From: Camelus ferus
Taxonomy: Eukaryota
DNA: 64,000 nt
Direction of reading: 5' to 3'
Assembly: GCF_009834535.1 (NCBI RefSeq)
Contig: NC_045707.1
Coordinates: 45,572,001 to 45,636,000, forward strand
Positions 50,133 to 64,000 of this stretch are shown here, piece after piece (within the stretch, counting starts at the first letter, position 1; every line of letters starts with the position of its first letter). The position numbers and the translations under genes were made by a program. A model generated the notes under the pieces. It ran no database searches. It saw only the letters and a program-made list of their open reading frames with translations, and was not told the DNA's origin.

Positions 50133-51800
50133 TCCAAAGACAGTGGGGCTTTCTTTTTGTGATTTGTATATATACTTTTTAAAAGGGCTGAGTTAACAAT
50201 TTTGAGCTTCATTGTTTTTATTTTTTACTTATTAATCAGTGAACACATGTTTACACATTTTGTATCTAACTACAACAAATCTTTTATAGAGACAGTGTTA
50301 GCATAAGTATATGTATATCAGTGACAGCAGGTAAAGTTTTTCCACTTATGTGGCAGTTTTAAACTTTTAGTGTTTACCTCAAACTGGTGTTACCTCTTAT
50401 ATTTTAATGTCTCAATTGGCTCAGATCATGAAGTTGTGCAATCTTCTACTGAAGAAGTTCAGGTGGCATTATTTTATACATTTCTTTTTTGGTAGCTATT
50501 TTCTGTACAAATTCTTATTAGATATGAAATTAGACTTTCTTCACCAATAGTCTTACCAAAAAAATAAAAATAAAAAATAAAAACGTTTCTTTCGGGAAAT
50601 TTATATGAAGTCACCTTTGCCCCTTGAAGGGAGTTAAACTACTACAAAGTGAAATATCAAGGTATCACCTAAATACTCACCAGTGACATTAATATTCCTG
50701 AGGCTTTGTGTGTCTTAACACAGACATTACTTTGGTTAATGGAACTTCCTTTTTTCAAAAATGTATTAAGTTTTAGTAATTGTTCTTTATTTGGCATAGT
50801 CAAACTGTATACAATGAAAATGACAGCTTTATAAACAGCATGTTTAAATTTAAACTTCAGTACTGTGGACATGAAAGCAATGATGGCTAAGACTTGTGAT
50901 TTGTCTGGCAGCAAACAGGTTTGTCCAGATTCTAATAAAGCAGTCATATAAAAATTTGAATTTAGCAAACAGTATATTATGATGTAATACAAATACAGTT
51001 CAACTTGGATATGAGTTCATTTTATGTATTTAATATTAGATCTCCTAAAGCTTTGTACCATATCTTGAGATTTGTAGTTTAAAAGGATAAAAATAAGTCT
51101 AAAAGAGAAAAAAAATGCATAGGACAGAGAAGGTAATTGTTCAAAATTGGCAACTGGGCAAAATGTTCAGCATCTCATTTTTCTAAGTAACTAAAGCCTG
51201 GATTACTTAACTGTTCTAGGATTATTTGAATACTAAGAGCCTCTCAGACATTCAAACAGTGGGCCCTGACTTTTTAAAATTAAAAATTAAACTTGAATTT
51301 TATTAAAAATAGTTTGAAATACTCTTTGCTCTTCCCCACTAATCTTATTAGATCTCTTTAAAGTCCTACTGCTGCTAACTTTATTCAGGAAGAGGAGAAT
51401 CCACTAACCTCTACAGATGAAAGATCTTAGCTCAGTGGTAACCACTAGATCACATCTTTTTTCTCAAGGGGGTTTGCTTGCAGGTTGAAATCTTCATGAA
51501 AGAAACATCCTGTAGAACGCTGTCCTCCGCTAGTGATCACTTCTTAAGTATAAGCTTGAAAAGGAACTCTGTTAGGAAATTTTCCTTAAATTTTAGAGAA
51601 CAAGTCATCTGGGAGAGCTGATGATGAAGCGCAAGTGAGAATTTATCACTGAGCAGACAAATCATTCATGCCAAAAGTACACTTAAGTATTAAACAGCTA
51701 AAGTTTAAAATCATCCATTTATTAAATACCTATGCAAGTTGTTACCTCAACTGTTAACATAATTATACCTCATTAAAGATTTATGTGGTCAAGATACCTG
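50133..51800 (+). other. USP44: USP44 3'UTR (end uncertain)
   Basis: U-rich sequence after the stop. Candidate poly(A) signals: AATAAA 50934-50939, ATTAAA 51721-51726 and 51772-51777. Pumilio-type TGTATATA at 50165-50172. Confidence 0.55.
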
Positions 51801-52003
51801 AGTCTAGCCTTTTTTAATTTCAAGGATTACTTTATATTTAGCGTCTACAACTTTTAGTACCTAATTTAGTGGGATAGTTTAAAAACACTGGAAGCTATGT
51901 TCATAATGGTACAGTTGCTTGTTTCAGTACTTATTACAATATATATATGAGAAAGAAATAGTGATTTTTTACTTTATTTTTAATCTCTTAAAACTAAAAC
52001 CTA

Positions 52004-52118
52004 CAGGGAAAGCTGTGTGTTGCACAAGGAGGGGTATATGAAACTCTACTCTATGCTCAGTTTTGCTAAAAATCTGAAACTGATCTAAAAAAGTTAAGTC
52101 TATTGAAATAAAACTAAA
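52004..52118 (+). mobile_element. 5'-truncated L1 3' end with 14-bp TSD
   Basis: GGGGTATATGAAACTCTACTCTATGCTCAGTTTTGCT...TGAAACTGATCTAAAAAA flanked by AAAACTAAAACCTA at 51990-52003 and 52119-52132. Confidence 0.8.
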
Positions 52119-53654
52119 AAAACTAAAACCTAGCCAATGGACAGAAACATAGGCTTCTTATAGTTCACCTCAGTGTGGACTTGTACATTCTGCTAAGATG
52201 ATCTAACAAAAAACAACGTGTTTTGATTGTAAAATAATTTACTAAAGGCACTATTGTTAAACATCAAACTATGTTACCAATAAGGTACATCATTGTAAAC
52301 ATAACAAACTGATTTCAAGAGATACATGGCTAGTAGGTAATACAATTTTTTTCTTAAGTAACAGCTTTCCTACTTAGAAGAATATCCCTTCCAGAGGCAT
52401 GCAGTGATGCCATTGTTCGCAACAGTTACTTGGGAAGCGAGCTTGGAGCTCATACTTGGTCTGAGATCACTATTGCTAAAAATGTCTTAAAAGCTCCAAA
52501 ATTCTTGCCTCATGGTCAATTCTAAAATTCTTGGGTTTAGAAATCAATACACTTTACACGTCCCACCAAAGCACACCAGAAAGGTATGGACTCAAAACCC
52601 AAAAAGAGCTAGCTGGAGGGTCCAAGCCCTGTAATGTGTCCAGGCATGAATTGGTGGGCTTTGCCACTAGCACATCATCACAGGAAATGGAGAAATTATT
52701 CAAAGGTAGCTACTGACCATTAGCACCATAATAAACATGGCTCATGTAGCTAAAAACTAGTTTAACCCTACAAAATAACATTCATTTATAGCTCTAATCT
52801 GAAAGAGCAGCTTTTTAATGTATAATAAATGATTTAGTACTTAAGTCAGGTTTCTCTTCCTATGAGAGAAATGTTAAACAGACAAACTAAACAGCATCCC
52901 AAAGGCAATCTTATTGTGCTAAAGCATATACAAATTAAGGCTTTACCCTGATACATAACAATTTTGAAACTACGTGGGAACATTCCCATAAAACATTTAC
53001 ACAAAATTCAAGCAATCTGTTCAAGAATTGGTTGTGGGGCTCAGTTCAAAGTATTATGCATCTTACATTCAACTTAAGCACTTAGCTGCTGTAAAAAGCA
53101 TCACTGTAACCTCAGGTCCTGAAAACATCATCAATGTTATGAATCCAAGTTAGTCCAGGGGCAGGGTGTTAGAGAATGTGATTCAGTAATGGAAAAGCCT
53201 ATAATTCAATTTAAATTTTCTAACTAGAACAAGATCTAAACATAAGTTCTCCTGTTTTTGTAGTTTTAAATGCCCTTATGGTTTAATGAGTAAGCTGAAT
53301 ACATTTCTTGATAAATACTACCACTGGACAAAGGATCTAAATGTTGAGATCTTACTAAATCAAGGTTTTAAGCTGGTACAATGTTCCTACTAAGTCATAT
53401 TTCGATTAGATCTTTCCAGGATCAGGGAGAAAATGAAAGGCAAGGCAAAATATTCCTAAAGCTGTATATTAGTTTATGAAGAGTATACACATGTGTAGAT
53501 CTTGTTTTAGCCACTATGTCAGCAGAAAAGTTTCGGTGTGGAGGTTTACAATCCAGAAAAAAGGCTCTACTTTTCCCTACATTAAGCTAAACTATTTCTT
53601 GTGCAGAATTATAACCACAGACATTGAAGTATAGCTCTCAGATCTGAAAATGTC

Positions 53655-53660
53655 TTTATT
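53655..53660 (-). terminator. METAP2: Candidate proximal poly(A) signal of METAP2
   Basis: TTTATT on + equals AATAAA on -, about 415 nt past the stop codon. Confidence 0.6.
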
Positions 53661-54073
53661 TTTTTTAGAAAATGGATTCCAGGAAAGTTAAAAAGCAATA
53701 CCAGAGGGTATAGGTGCAGAGTCGGATGTAGTCATTCAAAGCATTCAATTAAGAATATGGCAATATAAATATCTGAAAAGCATCTCTCAGATATTTGAAA
53801 CAAAATGTGTAAGTCATCCCTAACTAACTGAAGCTTTATAGCATTTCCTAGAAAGAGGGAAAACAGTTAACATTTGAAAGTCCGGAAAGCTTTTTCCTTG
53901 GTTAATTACGTTAAATGGTTTGCCTTTGATCAAATTCCTTCCTTTTTAAACATGGATAAAAGTATTACATAGGTCCACTGTTAAACAGACAACATGTTGC
54001 AAATTAATTCTGGTATAATGTATTCCAACAAAGCTTAGAAAATGAAAGATGTTGCGGTGGCTTTGGACTAAAT

Positions 54074-54373
<300 letters not shown>

Positions 54374-54998
54374 TCATTTCTTCCACTAAGGAAAACTCAA
54401 ACGGAAGTTATGACTCAATAATTACAGTTCAAAACACTTTTTTGTTGCCTCCTTCAACATTCAAATATCAGAATGGGTTACCAACCCACACACAATTATA
54501 GATGGCAGCTGAACAGGAGACCAACTAAAGGCTATCTTATGTTTATATGTCTATGCACGTGTGTGTTTTAAATTCTAAGTACAGACTCAGTAGTAGTATA
54601 ATGGTGGGAATTTCCCTTTTTGTGCATCAAAGTGAAAGACCTGCACATAAAGATGTTTCAACCATCTCCAAAAAGTTAGGGGAAAAAAAGTAAATAAAAA
54701 CATAAAGTTTACCAATGGGAAAGTATTAACAACAAAAACCTAAGAATGCCAGCAAAATGATCATCTCTGAAGTTATGATTACTGGAAACTAGATATGAAG
54801 AGAATACTTATTCTCATCTCAGTTAAAATTTTTAACAGGCCAATTTTTTTTTTGATGAATTATAGAAATCCACAGAACTATTGCTGGGCTACAGAAACGT
54901 GCATTTATTAATATACCACTGTGGATACCTGTCAAATTTTTTAAAATGCTATTAACGGGGAAGAGAAACTCACCAGTTATATAAAAAAAAGTCTCTCA

Positions 54999-55115
<117 letters not shown>

Positions 55116-55602
55116 CTAAAACATACATAAGGGTTGGAGGAGAGAAGAAAAATTCAGAACTAATCAAAATTCCCATCTCTTAACTTCAGGCTGAGGTATT
55201 CCTCACTTCATGTAAAACAACAACAACAACATAAAATATCGCCTGGCAGTCCTTTTCCACCTTCTCCTGCTTTATCTTCTTAGCACTTTCTAGTCAGTCT
55301 GTCATCCTATTAAAATTAGGCTTTACATGGGCAGGGAATTTTGTTTTGTTCACTATGACATTCTGTGCCCTACTAAAGAGACAAGAACCTAAGTAATGCT
55401 CAATATTCTCCAAGTATGGAATAAACTTTCATATACCCCACTTCCACAACTGATTGGGCCCCAGTCCAACCAGACACAGTCTGCAAACTCACACAGCCCA
55501 ATTCCTGTTGGGGTAAGCATGGATGGGAAGTTAATTTTGCTCAATGTACTATATACTCAACTGCCACTAACTTTAGTTTGGAGAAAAAGTCAAAATGCTT
55601 CA

Positions 55603-55767
<165 letters not shown>

Positions 55768-56189
55768 TCAGGGTCTCTAAAAGCGCAGACAGATATCTTG
55801 GCCTTTTAGTACACAGTTTAAGCATTTATTTCAAAATCAGATATGGCTCTATTAATCTCACACTAAGATACTTAAATACAAATTGGAAAACTGATGGGAT
55901 ACCAAGATACTTATTGCAATGTTATTGACTGAAACTTAGGAGTAAGGGGAGATGATGGAAAAAGAATAAACTATGTGATGACATAATGGGGGTCTCATCT
56001 AGGGAGGTATTGTTAATAAAAATATAGTCATAAAATGTCATGTACACAATCACTACAAACATGGAAAAATGTATTTTTATATTATGGACCAAAAGTACGT
56101 GAAAATGAAGATTCTGTGTCAAAATAATAGGATTATGAAATGTTACATTATATTATTACATCAACATTTCAAATGCTAAAAAAGAAAAT

Positions 56190-56665
56190 CTACACAACCC
56201 CAAGGTCCTGATCAATGATAGAATGAACAAATTGTGAGTATATTCTCACAATGGAACATTTACTCAACAATAAAAACAAAAAGCTAGGGATAAACTGAAC
56301 TGAAATAAAACCTAAAGAAAAAAATGAGCAAAAGAAGGCACAATTATATACATACTGTGCAACACACACACACAGAGTTCAAAATAAAGTATAATTATAC
56401 TATTGTTTAGGAATGCATAATTAGATGATAAAGACAAACAAAAGCAAAATACAAATACTTCAGTACTCAAGGTTGGTTTATGAGAAGACGGCGGCTGTAA
56501 CTGAGAAGGGGTATATAGAACTGAGGGGCTTCTGTAATGCTGGTAATATTCTATTTCTAAAGGAGTGAGGTTACACAGCTTTTACAATTGTTTAGTTGAA
56601 TTTTTTTTTGAAGTTTTATGTTGTGTGTATTTTATTATATTTCACAATAAAAGTTTAAAAAAAAT
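56190..56665 (+). mobile_element. Old L1 3' fragment in METAP2 intron
   Basis: GAATGAACAAATTGTGAGTATATTCTCACAATGGAA...GAGGGGCTTCTGTAATGCTGGTAATATTCTATTTCT...TTTCACAATAAAAGTTTAAAAAAAA. Confidence 0.75.
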
Positions 56666-58493
56666 CTAGTTCTACAGATTCTCAATAAGAGCTACCTTTC
56701 TTCAAGGGCAAAATTAGGTAGTAATGTTCTTTTCAAATCTGTAACAATGAAACAATGACAAGCATATTACAAATTTAGCAGGTGGCACAGCAAAATAAAA
56801 CAACTAGCTCTTCAAAAAAATCTTCCTTCTTATATAAATGATAAGCTAAATTTATTTTGAAATTCAGCAATCATTATTTGTCTAAGAGCTGGCAAACTGA
56901 TGGCACAGGCCAATCAAAAACAAATTTAAATTAAAAACTTTCTTAGCCATACCAACCTATCGTATATAACCAAGTTACACAGAAGAAGCAGGGCTCAGGG
57001 ATAGCCATTTATGCAGTATACAGACTGTGGTCAGTGGCAGGCTAATTTTGGATCCAACAGCTTTAAAGGTAATTTTCCAATTCTATAGCTTCTTGACCAA
57101 GGTAAATAAAACCACTCCCTTGACAGCTCAGTTCTTTTATGCGGTTTTGGGGAACTGCTTCTTAAAGTTCAACCTACAGACTATTTCTTCATCTTCCCAA
57201 TGTCATTATTTGTCCATACCCTCTGTTTAAACCAGTAAAAATGAATTCTGCCACCCTTAACTAAGAACCCTGATAAATACAATAATGCGTATAAAAGAAT
57301 AAAACCTAAGATGTTGCACTGGCTTAGTGGAAGAGGTAAAAAGGCACATATTAAGGATTCCAACACTGCAGGCTAGAGTTGTTATGTGGTGACTAAACCT
57401 CATGTCAAACTGTCACCTAATATACCTTGAAAGGCAGACCACATGCCAACCAAAGGTGCACAATTCAGAGAAAATATAAGGGAAAGTTGACTTGAGAGGT
57501 ACCTGAACAAGTATTACTTGTTGTGGCACCAATCCCAAAACTGGGAGTGGGAAACAACAAATATTTGTTAAATACTAATAAATTCCAGGCATTGTCACAA
57601 AATTTACATTTCTCAAAAACAAAACAAAACAAGATATCATGAATCCTGCTGAAGTCAAAGAAATTTAGGTTCTTAGAGGTTACAGAATTTTTCTAAGCTC
57701 AAATATAGACCTGCCTAACCCCAAAGCATGTTTTCTTCATTATCCCATAACATCTCCATCCAAGTGCGAGGGGTCTTAAGAATTTGTGATTTCTACAGAT
57801 GTTCATAGATTTAAGGATCTGTAAGAGAGCAACAAGGACAGGCACTGTTAGGTGTCAGAGGAAGAACCACTGAGCAGGTGGCAGAGCACCACAGTCTGTA
57901 AGTGTCAACAGAGGACTGCAAAGTGCTGCACGATGTAAATTTACTGAGGAGCAAGGAAGCATGAGAAGTCTCCACTCAAAGGATCATAAAGGGGAGTCAG
58001 GTTCTGGTTAAAGAAATGCAGGAAATATTCTGTAAGAAAGGTTTTAAGGCAAGAGTTACAGAGAGCAACGAGGACAGATTAGGAAGGAGGACGGCAGCTA
58101 GAGAGTGATCAGATAGATCATGGGAGTTGGAGAAAGGCTGGAGTGACAGGACCAGAAAGTACAGGTGAATCTGGAGCTGCGTACCTAAGGCACTGGCTGG
58201 GAAAGACTAGGCAGCAAAAGGAATAACGACTATAGGAAAAACACACAAGGAATTAACCGGCCTCTAAATTTTAAATTCAACTTAAAAAAAAAAAAAAAAG
58301 AAAAAAGAAAAGAAAACAATGGGGAGTCATTAATGAAAAGCCTCTGGCTTCTGTTTGAGCCTAGTCACAGAAAATCCAGCCTACATTTTGGCCGCTCTGG
58401 GGTAACTCCTCAGGTTGTCTTCTCAACAGTACCAGAGTAGTTTAACAACAGTTCCCAGGTAGTGACCACAGAATTCCTACCATGAACAGGTCA

Positions 58494-58763
<270 letters not shown>

Positions 58764-59013
58764 CTAAAAACAGAATCAGGTACACTCTTGTTCAAAGTGC
58801 AAAATATAACCGCAACTTAACTTCTTAGTATCTTAAGGGATAAAATAAGGGATAAGCAGAAAAGCTGCTTTGCACATTATAACTTCCTCCATAAAAGCCT
58901 TTGTTATTATAATTACCTACTTAAAATCCTAAGGATGGTGAGCCAGTCTTACATAGCCCAGACTTTAAACAGGCTATAAAGTGCTCAAAATGTGTTGAAT
59001 GAAATGGTGCTTA

Positions 59014-59151
<138 letters not shown>

Positions 59152-59724
59152 TCAATTTATCTAACTTTATAGCATCTACTCTATTAATTAATCTTGCTAG
59201 TTAACAGAAAAATAAAATGACAGGCTCAATTGAAGGCAGCACTGCAAATACCAAGACAACATTCACAACTGAAGGGGAAAAAACTGTAAATAACTTATAC
59301 AAAGGCTCTGGAATGAAAAGTTAATTCCAGGGTTAGTATACATTATTTCAAAATAGCACCAATTCATTATTTACCCAGGCAGTTACGCAAAAATAAAAAC
59401 AGACACAAATCAAAGGGAGAAAAGCCTGGGGAAATAAGAAACAGCAAAGCAGGCAGAGAAAATGTATAGGTCTACAGAACACTATCAGTCAATCTAGCTT
59501 CCCCAATTTGGTAAAACTTCAGGTAAGTAGCTGAAGCTTTGATTTCTCATGTGTTAAGTGAGATTAAAAGGTACTTATCTAACAGGGTTTGGGAGAGAAT
59601 TCAGAAAAGCTAACAGTTATATAAAGATTGGTAAACTCAAAGGTTCTAAGTAAATATTTGTTATTATACAAATAAAAAATGTTTGAAGCAATGATCTGCA
59701 TGAAGATGTAAGATTCTATTTTTC

Positions 59725-59863
59725 GGGGGGAGGATATATAGCTCATTGGTAGAGTGCATGCTTAGCATGCACAAGGTTCTGTGTTCAATCACCAGTACCT
59801 CAATTAATTAATTAAATCTAGTCAACCCCTCCCCCAAAGAAAGTTAAAAAAATTTTTTTAAAA

Positions 59864-59896
<33 letters not shown>
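59725..59896 (+). mobile_element. tRNA-Ala-derived SINE (Vic-1-like)
   Basis: Family head, long poly(A), TSD TCTATTTTTC at 59715-59724 and 59897-59906. Confidence 0.92.
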
Positions 59897-59899
<3 letters not shown>

Positions 59900-60097
59900 A
59901 TTTTTCATGCCTCGATACAACAGGTAATAAACCTCAATTACCCAACAGTTTTCATTATACTCCATTCAGTAAGTATGCTTTACAGTAAACCTTAACATCT
60001 GCCTCAACAAAGCTCTACTAAAAAGTGAGGCATCAGGAAGAAAATGTTGAGAGTTAGTATCTATAGCCCCATCCAACAGAGACAAGACTAGAGATCA

Positions 60098-60334
<237 letters not shown>

Positions 60335-61080
60335 TTACTTTCACATTCTTACCCTTATTTATATACCTTACAGCTCATCAAGTCCAGAAAGTTTACTAAA
60401 ACTCTTAAATTACTTTTTGGAAGTGATATAAGCACCTTGTGGATATGAATAAATAACAGTTCTGTGATGCTACAAAAACAATAGCCAGTTCATTTTTAAA
60501 AGATAAAAAAGAATTTAATTCCACTAGAAATCTGAAGAAACAGAACAACACGATCCACTTTCAAATTAGTTTACTAGGAAGTAAGATTCTTGACTAAGAC
60601 TAATTGAAATGCTGATCACAATTTATTTTCTCAATGCTGCATGTTTTGAAACTTCTTGGAATCAGAGAATTAAGCTGCTTTTTATAGCTAATTATTTCTC
60701 AAGGGGAAAATTGAAGAAATAATTTCTTTTATTGGTTTCTTCACTGCATTATCAAAGTTTTGTGTCCCAGAATCATTAATTTAATATGAATTGCTGGACA
60801 GCAAAATAACAGATTTCCAGATAGAAAATAAGAATCAAGTAATGCGTACATTTGCACATTTGAGTGTACATGAGAACAAAATAGGATGGATTCGATGAGG
60901 TGTAAATGTCCTCTTATGGTTTCCTCATTACACTGAGACTACAAGAATTTAGAAGGTATTACTAAAAGCTTCACTTCAAGTTTTTTGGCAAAGTAGTAAT
61001 AAAAGCCAAACATTACAACTGAAGAGTTAGCTCCAAAAAATTTTTTTCTATCATGTTCTTATAAAAACACATTCCTTTTA

Positions 61081-61245
<165 letters not shown>

Positions 61246-62004
61246 TTATAGTATGCATAGTATAGCATTAGTCACTTAAGAAACAGCAAAATAAACATAA
61301 AAGCAAAGAGATAAAAATATACTAAGATATTTTAGACAAAAATTACATGTTGCTTCTTTTATTAAAAGTCAGCAAAGATTCTGAAATACAAGTACCCACA
61401 CATTTGCAGTCAAGCAAGCAATCAAGTTAAACCGTTTGTAAGACTAAGGAAAAAATATCCTCAAGTGAGATTTCGTTCATAGTCAGAGGGACTAATACCC
61501 TGCCACACAAAATAAGACAAAAGGAGAAAACCAGCAAAGTCAGAAAAGAGTCCTAGAAATGAAGCAGAAGGGAGAAAAAAGTCATCCTTCCACTTGCAGT
61601 AACATAAATTTTAAGAAACCTCAAAAAAATGCAACAAAAATTAGCAAATAATAATCCAAAGACTTGACCTGGCAATCTGCATACATCTTCCTCAAAACTA
61701 TTACGTGCTTTTCCAAGATTTTTCTTATTGTTTGTATACTAAAGTTTTTATATTTTAAAATTTCCAAGTGTAACAGATTTTTATATTCAGTATCTGGAAA
61801 TGAGAAGATCAACTCACTCCCTTTTTATGCAGCACATTTCAAAAACAGTAACTGTTTTCAAATGAAAATCTTTTTTTTTTAAGTTATAACCTTCACAGAT
61901 TCTTAAGCAATACTGAATACAGAGCTCACAAATCAGTGATCACTGCGGTATAAATCATACTTGGTATAAAAGTGATGCCTTCAATAAATTACTAACTGCC
62001 TCAA

Positions 62005-62205
62005 AGCTAGTGGCCAGCAAACTGGTGTGCAGGCAAATCCAGCCTAACACTTGTTTTGTAAATAAAATTTTATTGCAACAGATGCCCAATCATTTACATA
62101 CTGTCTATAGCTATTTTCATGCTCCAACAGCAGAACTGAATTAACACTCAAGACCTGAAATATTTACTTTAAGGGACTTTACAGAAAAGTTTACCCAATT
62201 GCTCT
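62005..62205 (+). mobile_element. hAT-Charlie MITE (MER58-like)
   Basis: CAGCAAACT...CAAATCCAGCC...GTTTTGTAAATAAAATTTTATTG...AAATATTTACT...CTTTACAGAAAAGTTT. Confidence 0.75.
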
Positions 62206-64000
62206 AAACTACAGCTCCCTAAGTTAATGACCCAAAATGCTTTCTGAGTTTTTGTGTGTCACTGTCATCAAGTTCATGATGACTTTCTACTGCAGCAGCA
62301 TCAACATCTACTACCTCCAGATTTTATAAAGTTGTTACAAAGGCCCAAAGGAGCCGTCCTATGTGAAATTGGCAGTATTAAGAGTCACAGAGGCTTCTTT
62401 GGCTTGTCTACTGTTTGCAGATGTATTTTGGATCTATCTACTGATGTTATCAGATAACTGAAATATTACAGTACCATCAATTTAAGGTCAATTTTAAACT
62501 CCTTAAATACTTAAATGTGTATCAATTACTTGTACAGGAATAGTAAAAAAACTAAGAGGCAATTTCTAATCAAAGTATTCAAACACCCTCAGACTAGAAG
62601 GCAGGAGGATAAGATCCTTTAAAAAGTATATTTTCACAATGTAACTCAACCTTTTTCAGCTGCAGTATATACTTATAGCTGCTCACTCCATGCTGGGACA
62701 GGCAAGCCATAATCTCCTAACCTCTAGCTGTAACTCTAGCTGTCTCTCTCCTACAAATCCAAAAATCTTTCCTGGAAACCAGGAACCAAAATGCTCTAAG
62801 AGTAAATCATTTTGGGGCACAAGAGTACTGGCTTTATTCTCAAATCAATCTTTAAACAGTATATGTCACAATTCCTCATCTTTCACAGGGGCCATAACTC
62901 TGGCGCATATATCACAGCCATACCTGACAATAAAGGTTGAAGTACCCTCTACTTTAAAAGTCAAAGATCTTGTGGAAAGTAAAAATACCAGTTTTTACTC
63001 TAGAGTGGAAAGATAAAAAGACTATGTCCACAGGGAACTTGATGGATGTCATGCATTGTAGGACTGTGAAAATGGAATTGGTCAATGTTAATTTCCATTT
63101 CTTCTCCTCAAACAACCCTCAGATCCTTCAAATCCACTTCCTATATGTTAAAACGTAAGTATAATTAAATTTCAAATGCTATTTCATCGCAGAACCAGAA
63201 CATAGTACAACAGATCCCCAATACTGAATTCAACAGATCTCACATGAATACCTTACATTTCTGAAGGTTGCATGATTGACTGGCTGACTCTTAATAAGCA
63301 GTGGATTTTTCAAAAGATTATAGAATGTTCTGTAGTTAGTAAAGAACTATCAATCAAAAATTGGATTAAAGTAATTATTTTGCTAAGTCTTGAGTTCAAG
63401 TTGAAAGTCATTAGTAATATTCGAGAAATCTATTGCCAGAATCTATAATTATAATTCCAGGCCCAAATGAAAGACAAAGAATATATTGAAGGAATCTCTC
63501 CCTTTTCCTAAATTTGATTTTTTAGACAGTCAGTCTATTCAACAAAAACATATAAATTAATAAGGTAAGATGAAAAAACCAGTCTGGTCATAACAATTAT
63601 TCCAAAAGGCAATTAATTAAACTGAGTCAAGTTAGATATGCTTTTTTAGAAAAATGTCTGTAAAACAAAATTATCAGAACTGCCTGAAATAGAATCTGTA
63701 AAGAAAGTTGTTTATAGAGCATGTAAATTCTTCAAACCTCTGATATTTTTGACTCCTTTTAATATTTCATTTTTACTAGTGGATATATTAAAAGCAGAAA
63801 AATATAAGTAAAATCAAAAGATACAAACAAATGTATAAGATTATTAATTTCTAACAGTCACAAACATTTGTGAACTCATTGTATGGGTAACTTAAAAGTA
63901 ATTATATTTGCATTCTTAAAGCACTACATGCCACGTTAACAAAAACCATTTAAAATGCTTATCTTTAGCCCAGAAATAATTAAGAATGTATGCAGATATG

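Noticed and set aside
49981..50196. 71-aa ORF overlapping the last USP44 exon
   Set aside because: Alternate frame of a coding exon with no separate promoter or other support.

Overview
Mammalian genomic DNA, AT-rich and repeat-laden. Five tRNA-Ala(AGC)-headed SINEs resembling the camelid Vic-1 family suggest alpaca or camel (inference). Two genes lie tail-to-tail. USP44 is complete on +: CpG-island promoter at ~27.8-28.9 kb, first exon ending at 28140, and five coding exons from 39073 to 50132 giving 2133 nt / 710 aa with intact ZnF-UBP, Cys box and His box. The last seven coding exons of METAP2 are on - (61243 down to the stop at 54074); its 5' exons lie beyond the window. The first 27 kb is intergenic: MaLR/MLT1 LTRs, a decayed ERVL provirus with a nested MLT1, L2, L1, MIR and Tigger-type MITEs. 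I found no new multi-gene system. The best leads are regulatory: a spliced strong-Kozak 32-codon uORF overlapping the USP44 start, preceded by a G-quadruplex motif; an inverted pair of ARE/CRE-like sites; a CCAAT/E2F/CHR cassette with a possible divergent spliced transcript; overlapping bidirectional poly(A) hexamers between the two 3' ends; two pre-miRNA-sized TE hairpins; and an unexplained mRNA-like insert in USP44 intron 3. Repeat family names come from recognition, not a database search, and repeat boundaries are approximate.
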